Shown here: in pieces, positions 1 to 12,151 of the stretch | How the letters are laid out: each line of letters opens with the position of its first letter | How positions within the stretch are numbered: position 1 is the stretch's first letter | Origin: Octopus sinensis | Taxonomy: Eukaryota | Length of the DNA: 64,000 nucleotides | Assembly (NCBI RefSeq): GCF_006345805.1 | Contig: NC_042998.1 | Span: forward strand, 113,150,001-113,214,000 | Direction of reading: 5' to 3' | Notes under the pieces: model-generated | What the model was told of the DNA's origin: nothing | What the model saw: the letters and a program-made list of their open reading frames with translations, nothing else | The model's database searches: none | Translations under genes and position numbers: made by a program

Positions 1-289
1 GATTGAAACATGTTCGCGTTTGTTCTGTTGCATACAAATCAAGATCAACTTCCCCATCCCCAAAACATGTAAATTTAGAAAAATTAAGACGTTTTTTGTT
101 TTTGTTTTTAAATTATCTCCCTTCTTCTTTGTGAGTCACTATCAATGACCTTTAACGTTTATATTTTCTTTCTCCAAAAGAGAAATTTCAATCAAAAGTT
201 TGTTTTTGTATACATAAATCAGCACATCTTCCTTTGACTTATCATTTTTGTTATTTATTGATCAAATTAATGAACCTCAATTACTGTGG

Positions 290-1260
290 ATGGAACACAC
301 AGTGCTTCTAGAACTCAGTTTTGCTGGTGTGGGCAGGTCTTCTAAAGAACTTTGTATTGCCAGACATCTCAGTCCATTATCAATTCCTCTGTGAGGCCCA
401 ACAACTTGAGATCAGCCCTTACCACTTCATCCCATGTCTTCCTAGGTCTCCCACTTCCATGGATGATCAGACAGTTGTCTTCATTCATACACATCACATG
501 TCCAAACCAACATAGCCTTCTCTCTTGCATGCTGCATTTGACACCTTATGCCCAACTTTTCTTGTCAATACATTTGCACTTTGTTATACATACACACTGA
601 TGCTGCACATACAGCCTTCATTTCTTTCTAGCCAATGCATGTCTTCAGCATTCAGAGCCCATATCTCGCTACCATGGAGCATAGCAGTTCATACACAAGC
701 ATCGTGCAGTCTGCCTTTCACTCTGAGAGAGAGTACTTTTGTTGCCAACAGAGATAACAGCTCCCTGAACTTCCTCCACCTTATTCTTATTCTAGAAACA
801 ATACTTTCAGAGCATCCTCCACCATTGCTAATTTGGTCACCTCGGTAACAGAAACTATCAACAACCTCAAGAGAGCATCCTGGGCATTTGAGAGAATCTA
901 AGTCCTGTGTACCCTTAATGCTTATAGTTCCTGCACATCTGCTACATACAAAGGCGACTTTATCTGTTAATCTACCTGTGATTCCACTGCACCTCTTATG
1001 TGTCCATAGCTTACACTGGGTGCAGTGAATGGTATTACTTCCAACACCTTTCCTACATACTGAGCAGGGCCATTTACCTGACAGAAAGAGAGTCTTACCT
1101 TCTTTCTTGCTAACAACAACTTTGTTCTTTGCTAGGTTAACTTTAAAGCCATTTGATTTCATGTTTTTCTTCCATAACTAGAATTTCTTCTCCAATTCTA
1201 CAACAGATTCTACAATAAGAGCAAGATCATCAGCATTAAGTAGTTCTGCCAGTTAGGCAG
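290..1260 (-). mobile_element. RTE-clade LINE, 5'-truncated and decayed (RT C-terminus with PHD-like Cys/His finger)
   Basis: ORF 689-1162 reads GKWPCSVCRKGVGSNTIHCTQCKLWTHKRC...FVCSRC (C4HC3-like), then LEVVDSFCYRGD and WRKFRELL. These are typical RTE post-RT motifs. The frame is broken on both sides. Confidence 0.85.
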
Positions 1261-1269
1261 CCCTGGCAT

Positions 1270-2150
1270 TGGCCATGCTCGAATGGTGCTTTATTATGTG
1301 CCACTAGCATATGTGCTGGTCAGGTAACACTGACATCAGCCATGACTATGATCTCATTTGGCTTGATAAGCCTTCTCAACCACAGTATATCTCCAACTGT
1401 CTCGGTCGCTTGTCATTGCTTCTGTGTGACCCAACATTCAAAGATCGTATTTCACCACCTCATCCCAGGTCTTTCTGGGTCTACTTCTTCCACAGGTCCC
1501 CTCCACTGTTAGAGTGTGGCACCTCTTCACACATCTGTCCTCGTCCATATGCATCACATGGCCATACCAGTGCAGTCATCTCCCTTACACACCACGTCTG
1601 ATACTTTTTATGTCGAACTTTTCTATCAGGATCTTCACACTTTATCATGCATGCACACTGACATTACACATCTAGTGGAGCATACTAGCTTCATTTCTTA
1701 CAAGACTATGTATGTTCTCAGCAGTCGCAGCCCAAGTTTCATTTCTGTGTAGCATGGCTGTTCACACACAGGCATCATACAATTTGCCTTTCACCCTGAG
1801 GAAGAAGCCTTTTGTTACCAACAGAGGTAGAAGCTCTCTGAACTTTGCCCAGCCTGTTCTTATTCTAGTAGCTATACTCTCAGAGCATCCACCCCTGCTA
1901 CTAACTTGGTCACCTAGGTAACAGTAGCTATCAACTACTTGTAGTTTTCCCCCCTGGTATGTGACGGAATGTATTTTCTGTACATTTTTGGTGGTTATTG
2001 TACCTGTGCACCTTCCACACATGAAAACTATCTTTCCTGTTAATCTTCCTCTAATATTGCTGCACCTCTTATATGTCCATAGCTTACACCGGGTACATCT
2101 TATGAAGTTCCTACCTACACCTTTTCTACAGGCCAAGCAGGGCTATCTAC
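1270..2150 (-). mobile_element. Second decayed RTE LINE copy of the same family
   Basis: ORF 1762-2136 (CRKGVGRNFIRCTRCKLWTYKRC...VVDSYCYLGDQ...WAKFRELL) is paralogous to ORF 689-1162. RTE 3'-UTR-like sequence lies at 1270-1400. Confidence 0.85.
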
Positions 2151-2194
2151 TGGAAGGAATTTGTGATTTGTCGGCCCTAGCCAAAGCACCAGTA

Positions 2195-2680
2195 TAAGCT
2201 CATCTAACAACATCTTTTGCAGCAGTAGCAGCACCTCCATAACCGGCAACGGCATTAGTATTACTAATACCATCCCCAACCCCACCTTCGCCAACACCCA
2301 CACCAACAGCCCTAGCTCCAGCAACAGCACCATCAACAACAACAGCAGCAGCAACAACAACATCAGTGACAACATTGACAATATTGGTAGCATTAGTAAC
2401 AACATAAACAGGTGCTTTACCGCCAACACACCCAGGGGCGGCAAGGTTACCAGCACAACCACCACCTCCAGAGGCACAACCACCAACACCAGCAGCCCCA
2501 GCACCAACATCATCATCAGCAGCAGCATCAACATCAACAGTACCAACAATATCATTGGCGACAGCAACAACAGCAGTAACAACAATATTGGTGACAGCAA
2601 TGACATCGGCAGCTACAACTACATCAACAGCAGCAACAGTGGCAACAACAACAATAATAGGTACAGCACTGACATCGTGC
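2195..2680. repeat. Compound (CAA/CAG/GCA)n low-complexity tract
   Basis: Direct reading: aacaacagcagcagcaacaacaacatc... It explains ORFs 2115-2606 and 2200-2685. Confidence 0.9.
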
Positions 2681-2688
2681 ATCAATGA

Positions 2689-3012
2689 AAATATATTGGT
2701 TCTACTGAAAATTCATTCAAGAAACGTTTTTACAACCATCAATCCTCCTTCACAGTCCTGAAAAAGAGATAGGTAACATTGCTGGCCAGCTACATTTGGC
2801 AACTAAAAGATGACAGCGTTCCACATTCTATCTCATGGAAAATCTTCGAAAACCCAGGCCCCTACATCAATGGGACGAAATGCTGCAAGCTATGCATAGA
2901 TGAATGTACAAGAACCCTAAGGGACCCACTCAAGGCAGGGGCTATACTTAACTCTAGAATGGAGATTTTCGGGTCATGTTTGCACTTTAGGAGATTTTTG
3001 CTGGCCTTTTGA
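2689..3012 (+). mobile_element. Penelope-like element, GIY-YIG endonuclease C-terminal remnant
   Basis: My translation from 2689: KYIGSTENSFKKRFYNHQSSFTVLKKR*VTLLASYIWQLKD...ISWKI...CKLCIDE...ILNSRMEIFGSCLH. This matches the YIG..F+.R...H / LS.YIW.LK / C.LC..E / LN.R.E...C.H pattern of PLE endonucleases. One in-frame stop at 2770. Confidence 0.8.
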
Positions 3013-3332
3013 GAACCACTGGAAGTTGTTAGCTAAAATGAGAGGGAGATAATCCCCTGTTGTTTACCCCCATAGCTGAACAATGGCAGTAAGGCTAGAA
3101 GTCAATAGCCATTGGTAAAGGGAGGTAATCTAGACTTTTCCCTCCATATTTTAAAGAGGTCATAGGCCATGTCTTGGGGTTTGACAATACACTATAAAGT
3201 TAAACCCTTTATGGATGGGAAACCTAGGGTAATCCCATAAACCAGCCTTCATTGGGAAAAAATATAGACTGCTCTACTTCTCTGAGTATGCTTCTTCTCT
3301 GGATTTATTTTTTCTAAAAATTATATAACATA

Positions 3333-3387
<55 letters not shown>

Positions 3388-3410
3388 GTATATATAATAT
3401 AAACTATATA

Positions 3411-5227
3411 CAGGGGTTGGATAAAATAATGGAAACACCTTAAAATTTCAAACATTTTAATATGGGGTAGGACCGCCTTTGGTAATAATTGCAGCTTGAA
3501 TTCTGTGAGGTAGGGACCTGTACGAAGTTTGAATTGTTTCCAAAGGAATTTTTGTCCATTCTTCAGCTAAAACAGTCCCCAGTTCTTGTAGTGATGATGG
3601 TGGAGGATATCGACTCCTTACTTGTTTTCCTAAAATGTACCATAAATGTTCAATAATATTGAGATCTGGGGTCTGTGGTGGCCAGATAAGATGTTCAACT
3701 TCAATAGAATGCTCCTCGTGCCATTCAGTAAAAACTTTAGCTGTGTGAATTGGTGCATTATCATCCTGAAAAATTGCCTTTTCCTCCGGAAACATTTCCG
3801 CAACCATAGGATGAATTTGATCTGATAAAATGCTTAAATAGTCTTGACTATTAATTCTGCCATGAAGGAAAGCCATTGGGCTGGCGGATTTCCAAGATAT
3901 AGCCCCCCACCCCGATCATTACAGATCCTCTTCCATGTTTAACAGTTGGAAGAAGGCAGTCTAGGTCAAATGCATCTTTTGGCTCTCTCCACATGGATAC
4001 TTGGCTGGTGGTTGGAAATAAGGTAAAGGATGACGCATCCAAGAAACTAACATTCTTCCACTGTTCTAAGGACCAATTCTGTAGGGTTTTACTCCACTCT
4101 AAATGCTTTGCAATGTTTATTTTTGAAAGAAGTGGTTCTCTGATTGGAGGATATCAACTCCTTACTTGTTTTCCTAAAATGCACCATAAATGTTCAATAA
4201 TATTGAGATCTGGGGTCTGTGGTGGCCAGATAAGATGTTCAACTTCAATAGAATGTTCCTCGTGCCATTCAGTAAAAACTTTAGCTGTGTGAATTGGTGC
4301 ATTATCATCCTGAAAAATTGCCTTTTCCTCCGGAAACAGTTCCGCAACCATAGGATGAATTTGATCAGATAAAATGCTTAAATAGTCTTGACTATTAATT
4401 CTGCCATAAAGGGAAACCATTGGGCTGGCGAATTTCCAAGATATAGCCCCCTCCTCCGATCATCACAGATCCTCCTCCATGTTTAACAGTTGGAAGAAGG
4501 CAGTCTAGGTCAAATGCTTCTTTTGGCTCTCTCCACTTGGCTGGTGGTTGGAAATAAGGTAAAGGATGACTCATCCAAGAAAATAACATTCTTCTACTGC
4601 TCTAAGGACCAATTCTGTAGGTTTTTACTTCACTCTAAATGCTTTGCAACGTTTATTTTTGAAAGAAGTGGTTTTCTGATTGCAGCCCTCCTGTGAAATC
4701 CAGCTTTGTGCAGCTCCCAGTAAACAGTTTTTGTGGCAACTGAGTTCTTGGGGTGGTCATTATGCTCTGCAGTAATTTTGGGAGCTGTACTTTTGTGATC
4801 ATTTCTAACAATTTGCATAAGAGTCTGACAATCCCTATCTGAAAGTTTTAGGTTTTTTCCAAAGTTTAGTTTCAATGAGGAGGTTTTACCCTCTTTCTCA
4901 AAGGCTGTCATTACTTTCGAGACAGTACTTCTTGATACACCAAAAATTTCAGCTGTTTTCATTATGCTAGCACCTGCCATACGAGCACCAACAATTTGAC
5001 CTCTTTGAAAATCCGATAGATTTTAATGAATTTTAATTTTAATGAATTTTAATTACCTTTTTCTGATGATATCTGAAAAGAAACAGCAATTTTAGCAAAA
5101 CATATTAAAGCAACACTAATAACAAATCAAAAAACATAAAAATAAACAAGATTTTGATGGTTTTATAGATATTTCAAAATTATGATGCTATGATGCTAGG
5201 TGTTTCTATTATTTTGTCCAACCCTTG
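3411..5227 (-). mobile_element. Tc1-family DNA transposon (DD34E), full length but inactivated, with internal tandem duplication
   Basis: 30-bp TIRs caggggttggataaaataatggaaacacct (3411) and its reverse complement ending at 5227 (27/30 identical), flanked by TA inside (TA)n runs. HTH region in ORF 4630-4980; catalytic FQDDNAPIH and PDLNIIEHLW in ORFs 3457-3876 and 4154-4420. 3603-4146 is repeated at 4147-4682. Confidence 0.95.
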
Positions 5228-5231
5228 TATG

Positions 5232-5280
<49 letters not shown>

Positions 5281-5389
5281 ACACATACTGAACAATTACA
5301 AAGCCTGTGTTCAAATATATTTTGTTTTTAAAAGTTAATAGAATTAAATTTTTCTATGTATGTCTGTTTTGAAACTGATAACCATTCTG

Positions 5390-6050
5390 GTCCAGGTACT
5401 GCTGATAACATGAAGCAATGGAATTAGAAATTTCAAGAAACATTTCATTTATTAACTGTGCACCCTCTCATTCAATGGCTACCCTCTATTCATTGACTGA
5501 TACCAGTTTTGGAACCATCAACTTTATTTTTTTTAATTCTCATAAAAAAGGGTATTCTACTGAAACATTTTGGCCAATCCACATGTTTGGCAAAATCTCA
5601 TCACTACTATGGTAGAACAGAGGTGTACCCCATCTTGCTGAAAAGAAACTCCACATCCTCAAAATCCTCTTGAATGCTTCGCATGAAAGATTGTCACAAC
5701 AGGTTCAAGAAAATGAGGCCAGCCACAGTACTGTCAAAAAGAAGAATGGTCTAATTAATCCTTTTGATGACAAATCTCACCACATTGTAACTCATGGTAA
5801 TCTAACATCTGCAATATGCAGATTCTCAAATCTTCTGTTGGGGCAACAGCAGCAATTAATTGAATCATTTACTTTAAATGTAGCCTCATCACTCCAAACA
5901 ATCTTTTTTTGGAGTGTGTGCATCTTCTACACATCTTGCCAAGTACCAGTCACAAAATTCCATTCTTCAGTTCAGATCATCTTCATTGAAAGATTGGACT
6001 ACTTTTAGAATGTAACTTTCCCAATGTGAGTGCTTCAAAATGCAATGGAC
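5390..6050 (-). mobile_element. Decayed Tc1/mariner-superfamily transposase (different family from the 3411 element)
   Basis: Manual minus-strand translation gives RMEFCDWY...KIVWSDEATFKVN...GLIRPFFF...QQDG across frameshifts and stops. Confidence 0.7.
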
Positions 6051-6054
6051 ATTT

Positions 6055-8600
6055 CATCATCATCATTTAACGTCCGCTTTCCATGCTAGCATAGGTTGGA
6101 CGACTCGACTGAGGTCTGGTGAACCAGATGGCTGCACCAGATTCCAATCTGATTTGGCAGAGTTTCTACAGCTGGATGCCCTTCCTAACGCCAACCACTC
6201 TGAGAGTGTAGTGGGTGCTTTTACGTGCCACCAGCACGAGGGCCAATCAAGTGGTAATGGCAACAGCCATGCTCAAATGGTGCTTTTTATGTGCCACCTG
6301 CACAGGAGCCAGTCCAGCGACACTGGTAATGACCTCGCTCGAATATTTTTTCATGTGCTACCAGCACAGGTGCCAGTAAGGCGCGCAGGTAATGATCACA
6401 TACGAATGGTGATTTTTACATGCCACCGGCATGGCAGCCAGCTTGTTGCTCTGGCAATGATCATGCTCGTATGGTACTCTTAGCACTCCACTAGCACGAA
6501 TGCCACTCATCGAATTTGATTTCAGTTTCAATTTTTTTATTTGATTTCACTTGCCTCAACAGGTCTTCGCAAGCAGAGTTTAGTGTCCAATGAAGGAAAG
6601 GTATGCATAAGTGGGCTGGTTACACCCCTGACATAGGCCACAAGGTTATGGTCTCACTTGAGCTTGCCGAATCTTCTCAAGCACAGCATATCTTCAAAGG
6701 TCCCGGTCACTAGTCATTGCCTCGGTGAGGCCCAATGTTTGAAGGTCATGCTTCAGCACCTCATCCCAGGTCTCCCTGGGTGATTTTGGAATTTCTATTT
6801 CATGATTGCTTGTCACACAGATTGTGTGTGAGAGAGAGAGAGAGAGATAGCTTTTGTTTCCTACAGAGGTAATAGTTCTCTGAACTTTCTCCATCCTATT
6901 TCTGTTTCTAGTACCCTTTCTTGCTTTGTGGGGTTCTCTGATGCTTGATGCCTGCAGTCTTCCAGAATGTTTTTTGTGGACATTCTAAACAGCTTCAAAC
7001 TCATCTCAAGTTCAAGTGATGGTAAGTTACATTGATAGATCTGTTTCACACCCCAAACTGCCTTTACACATCAACTGCATTTTCAAACTTTTAGTAGCAC
7101 TTTGGAATAAATTTCTTTTCTTCAAAACTTAGACTTGGCCCTTTGTCATCTCCTCCATGAAGCTCAGCATATTGAGATCAGCCATCACTACCTCATCCCA
7201 TGTCTTACTGGGCCTCCCTCTCCTACAAGTTCCATTCTCTTTAGGTGATCAACACTTCTCTATACAGCTGTCCTTATCCATATGCATCACATGATCAAAC
7301 CAACACAGTCATCCCTGTTGCATGCATCTGATTCCTTTTATGCCTAATTTTTCTCTCAATACCTTAACATTTCTTTGTACATTCAATGCAGCATACTAAC
7401 TTCATTCCTCTGGTCTTTGCATGTCCTCAGCATTTTTGGCCCAGGTCTTACTACCATGTAGCATTGCTGTTCATACACAAGCATCATACAATCTATCACT
7501 GTGTGTGTGTGAGAGAGAGAGAGAGATAGCTTTTGTTTCCTACAGAGGTAATAGTTCTCTGAACTTTCTCCATCCTATTTCTATTCTACCAACTATACTT
7601 TCAGAAAATTCTCCTCCTCTGCTAGTTAGGTCACATAGGTAACAGAAACTGTCTACTACTTCTGCAGAGCCTCCCGTATGTCCTTAGTGTTTATTGCTCC
7701 TGCACATCTTCCACATAAAGACTACTTTCTTTGATAATCTTCCTGTGATTCCATTTCATCTTTTGTGTGTCCAAAGCACCATATGGAATTTCTATCTCTG
7801 TTTTTGCTAAATATTAAGCAGGACCATTTCCTTGAAGAGAGTAAAGTCCTGTTTCTCTACTGACTAGAACTTTGGTTTTGCCATGGTAACTTTAAGACCC
7901 CTTGATTCCCAGTTTAATTCCACACCTGGAATTTCTTTTCTAATCAGCATTTAATAGTTCCCAAGGATAAGTGGTCTTAAATTTCTGTTATGACCTGGGA
8001 ATCTATAATGAATTAAAGGGGACTGAGTATTGAACCCTGGTGAACTCTTATCTTTACTCATGAATGACTTTCACCTTACTGACGGTATCCCTGTACACAG
8101 TTATATAACTCTCACAAGCCATTCATCTACTCCAAGCTTTCTCATAGACCACCAGAACACAGACCAAGGGACTCTGTGAAAAGGCTTTCTCCAAGCCAAT
8201 GTATACCAAGTACAAAGGTTTACTTTCAGTTAAATACTTCTGCAGTTGTTTTATTAAGATGATATCAAAAGTACTTCTTCATGGCACGAAACCAAACTGT
8301 ATCTCATTTTGTGTAACTTTGTTCCTAATTTATTGGGCTTTAAACTCTGTAACTTTTAAGCTCTGGTTCAGCAACTTGATCCTTTTGTAATTACTTCCAT
8401 CTAAGGCCTCTCTTTTACTTTGTAACAGCTGATTATAGTGCTGCTCTCCCTTCCTCTTTCACTCTAACTCTTGACATTACGATTTGCCTTTCCCTATCCT
8501 TTTCTTCTTCTCTCTTCTTTTATTCCCCACTCTAACACCTTATACTCTGTTACTCTCTCCACTACCATCATCTCTTTTCTTGAAATCGTGTTTCTAATCG
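6055..8600 (-). mobile_element. RTE LINE composite (3'-UTR plus fragmented ORF with RT), partly duplicated
   Basis: (CAT)n tail at 6055 and repeat-containing 3'UTR 6060-6700. ORF end PRETWDEVLKHDLQTLGLTEAMTSDRDL. RT motifs QFGFVP, LEKAF at ~8180-8310. Segment 6830-6905 is repeated at 7510-7585. Confidence 0.8.
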
Positions 8601-8817
8601 TTCTCAACATCTTGTAAAGTCATCACTTTCTCTTATTTGTAAGTTATAAAGTGATCTCACCAGCACTGATGCCACATTAAAGTATTCAGTACATGTTGAA
8701 AAATGGTTTAGATGCCACATTAAAGTATTCAGTACATGTTGAAAAATGGTTTAGCAAATTGAGCAGAGACAGTATAAGATTGAAAAGATTTTTTAGTCTT
8801 GCTGAAGACAAGAATAC

Positions 8818-8833
8818 CTCTGTAGTACTGGTA
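8818..8833 (-). other. Candidate 16-nt micro-exon
   Basis: Minus strand reads ...gtttttttttcctgtag|TACCAGTACTACAGAG|gtattc. Splice signals only. Confidence 0.3.
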
Positions 8834-8861
8834 CTACAGGAAAAAAAAAACACACCATATA

Positions 8862-9185
8862 TCATCATCATCATCATCGTTTAACATCCGCCTTCCCTCC
8901 CAGCTTAGATGGAACAGTTTGATAAGAGCTGGCCAGACAGAATTTTGCACTAGACTTCTGTAACTGTTTTGGCAGGATTTTTACAGCTGGGTACCCTTCC
9001 TAACACCAACCACTTGGCGGAGTGGATTTAGTGCTTTTTACGTAGCACAAGCACAAGTAAGGTCAGTTTTGGCAAGGATTTTACAGCTGGATGCCTTTCC
9101 AAACACCAACCACTTTACAGTGTAGACAAAGTGCTTTTGAGTGGCACCTGCACTGACAGGGTCACCAAGTGCAAGACAAAAGAAA
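8862..9185 (-). mobile_element. RTE 3'-UTR fragment
   Basis: (CAT)n followed by cgtttaacatccgc...acagctggatgcc...ccaaccac, the same family as 6055. Confidence 0.7.
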
Positions 9186-9815
9186 ACTCTTTTGAGAAGG
9201 AAGAGGGCAATGGAGGAGGTGATCTTGTGCTGGATAACAAAAGGTTATAGTGAGGCAGAGAGACAGAAATAGGCGTCTTGCTGCAGATGAGGTACAAAGT
9301 TACCTGGCCAGAGAGAGGGAGAAAGCAAGAGAGAGAGAGAGAGAGAGATCAGGAATGAAGGTGGAAACAGGTACACTGCCACAAAGGAGATACGTGGTTA
9401 CCCAACCTGAGGGAAGTACAGGAGAAGGAGAGAGAGAGAAGGAAACAGCAGGATAGAGATGGTGGCAAAATGCTAGGCAGATGCAATGATACAATGAGAC
9501 AGGGTGTGGGTGGAACACACAGGTCAGAAGCTAGCGGAGAGCAATGATACAGTGGCACAGGGCCAAGAGGACAAGATTGGGGAAGGGGAGGTTAGCCTAG
9601 TGCATGAAATGGAAATGTGAAGAAGAGAAGAGATGTAGTTTGGTTTGTTGTGGTAAAGTGTGTGAGAAATTTTCTTGTTAAGCGTGGGTGGGTCACACAG
9701 CTCTTCTAGAACTCAGTTTCATTGACATGGGTGGGTCTTCACATATATATATACTGTCAATGAATCATATATCCGAAAAAGAAGCATACTCTAAAATATA
9801 GAGCAGTAAAGTATT

Positions 9816-10262
9816 AAAGTAATGGAGTTAATGTCTGGTCATAGAGTGACCAATGGTTTTGCATCCACAAAGGCTGTAGCTTAGTGGAAGACAAATTTAA
9901 CTCTTCACCTCTGGGTGCTTTACTACTCTGTACTTTAGAGAGCACTTCATCTGAAACATTGACAATCCATCTGCAATCTGCAACCTAAAGACAGAATGTC
10001 TTATGATGGACACCACATGGTCTACGTTTGATAGCTGCATCAACGCGTCATGCTTCTGCATATTCACGCTTTCCACAACCTCTGGAAGAACATGGAATGT
10101 TACGATATTGGTTATTCTACAAAGAATATCCCAACACAGCCAGAGGTGAAGAGTTGAATTTGTCTTCAAACTAGAGTCTGAGGAGTTGTCCATGAAGCTA
10201 TAGCCTTTGTGGATGCAAAATCATTGGTCACTCTATGACCAGACTTTAACTTTATTGCTTTG
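9816..10262. repeat. Fold-back element with ~100-bp imperfect inverted arms
   Basis: 9834-9882 vs 10195-10243 are 47/49 inverted-identical. A second block, gaagacaaatttaactcttcacctctgg (ending 9914), pairs with 10140-10168. Confidence 0.9.
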
Positions 10263-10847
10263 ATATATACATATATATATAGATAGAGAGAGAGAGAGAG
10301 AGATGTGTGTGTGTCTGTGTCATAATAGTCAATATAAATGTTAATTAGTTCGTTGGTTGATTTTTCCATTCATGCTTTACATCATATATAGAGAGCTAAC
10401 AGGAGGAGGACAAGTGCACATACTTGGCATGAGGGCAGGCAGTGAATAAAGGAATGCCTCCCCCCACACACACATAGTGAAAGAGAAAGAATTTAAATAA
10501 CAAGAGTAGTTATGAGAGTTATGCAAATGAGAAATTTGTTTCCTTTAATTTGATTTTAAGGTAATCAATTTTTTTTGTTTGTTTGAAAATTAGTATTGTG
10601 AAAATCATAATTATTCTATACTATATTTCTTAGTATTACACATCAGGGTAAAAATATACCTACTCTCCCACACTCATACACACTTTAATCATTAATAAAG
10701 TTATAATAATTACTGAAGGACTGTAAGTTTAGTGTACGACACATCACCAAACCAGTGTGTGTACACTTTGAAATTTCCAGAAGGAACTTTTTATATAATT
10801 TGTTTCTCTTGTGAAAGTTGTTATAAATATCATATATATATATATAT

Positions 10848-11531
10848 TTCCTTTAGGTCTCACTGAGGAAATGACCAGTGACCGAGACCTTTGGAAATAT
10901 GCTGTGCGTGAAAAGACCAGGCAGGACAAGTGAGTCCAGCCCACTTATGCATGCCTTTCCTCCCTTGGACACACAAAGACCTGTTGAGGCAAGCGAAGTC
11001 GATATCGAACCTCATCCGACGACAGGGACCTATACCAACCCCCTTTGCTTGCGAAGACCTGTTGGGGCAAGTGAAATTGAAATCGAAATCGGAATCGAAA
11101 TTGAACCAATCCTATGACTGGCACCCGGCAGATGCCAGGACCCCTGGACTGGAGATACGTAAAAAGCACTATCCGAATCGTGGCTGATGCCAGCGCCGCC
11201 TCGACTGGCTTCCGTGTCGGTGGCATGTAAAAAGCACCATCCAAATCGTGGCCGAAGCCAGTGCCGCCTCGACTGGCTTCCATGCAGGTGGCACGTAAAA
11301 TGCACCAATCCGACCGTGGCCGATGCCAGCCTCGCCTGGCACCAGTGCAGGTGGCACGTAAAAAGCACCCACTACACTCACGGAGTGGTTGGCGTTAAGA
11401 AGGGCATCTAGCTGTAGAAACATTGCCAGATAAAACTGGAGCCTGGTGCAGCCTTCTGGCTTCCCAGATCCCCGGTCGAACCGTCCAACCCATGCTAGCA
11501 TGGAGAACGGACGTTAAACGATGATGATGAT
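10848..11531 (+). mobile_element. RTE LINE 3' end (ORF terminus, repeat-rich 3'UTR, (GAT)n tail)
   Basis: LGLTEEMTSDRDLWKYAVREKTRQDK*, then ~68-bp tandem units at 11160-11370, then ggacgttaaacgatgatgatga. Confidence 0.9.
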
Positions 11532-11540
11532 ATATATATA

Positions 11541-12114
11541 GTTTTAAATCTCTGAGCGAGAAAAATGTAGTAACAGTACCATACAATGCAATGTGACAGT
11601 CCTATGCAGGGCAACGTTACTACTTTTGAGCCCCAGGAAAACATCTTTTCCAGCTGGCTACTGACACATGATCTGTATTTGTATACTGTGAGCAAGGGAG
11701 TCTACCGACACATGACCTGGGGCTAAAAAGTAATAACATCGTCCTGCGTAGGACTGCAACATTGCGTTGGCAAAAAAATCTTAGTGTATGGTACTGTTAC
11801 TACATATTTCTAGCTCAGAGATTTTAAACTAGTTGTTTTTCTCTTTATGAGATCAGCAACTGTATGTCACTTTAAAAGTGTGAGCAAGAGCAAGTGACGG
11901 CTATCTCCTAGCCAGTGGTTATCCTGTGCCGAGAAAGGGAAATTACCCAGAAACTATTGGTCTACAGGTATCACTGTAGCTAGAAAGGGAGCGATAGACT
12001 CCTTTGCTCACAGTAGGCGAACACAAAACATGTGTCAGTAGCCAGTCGGAAAAGTTGTTTTCCTGCAGCTAAAAAGTAGTAACATTGTCCTGCGTAGGAC
12101 TGCCACATTGCGTT
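11541..12114. repeat. Nested inverted repeat (arm, inverted arm, second inverted arm plus spacer)
   Basis: 11541-11637 pairs with 11716-11829. 11585-11700 also pairs with 11999-12114. Confidence 0.85.
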
Positions 12115-12151
12115 GACAAATACACTTTATATATATATATATATATATATG

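Noticed and set aside
2115-2685. Leu/Val-rich ORFs resembling membrane or signal peptides
   Set aside because: Antisense translation of CAA/CAG repeats.
3012-3320. Hammerhead ribozyme expected near the Penelope relic
   Set aside because: No CTGANGA...GAAA core with a pairable stem II found here or at other ctgatga/tcatcag sites inspected (e.g. 59776).
8668-8755. 43-bp tandem duplication
   Set aside because: Only two units; an ordinary slippage duplication.
9897-10193. 98-aa protein-like ORF
   Set aside because: Lies inside the fold-back element and overlaps both arms; no recognisable motif or convincing splice sites.
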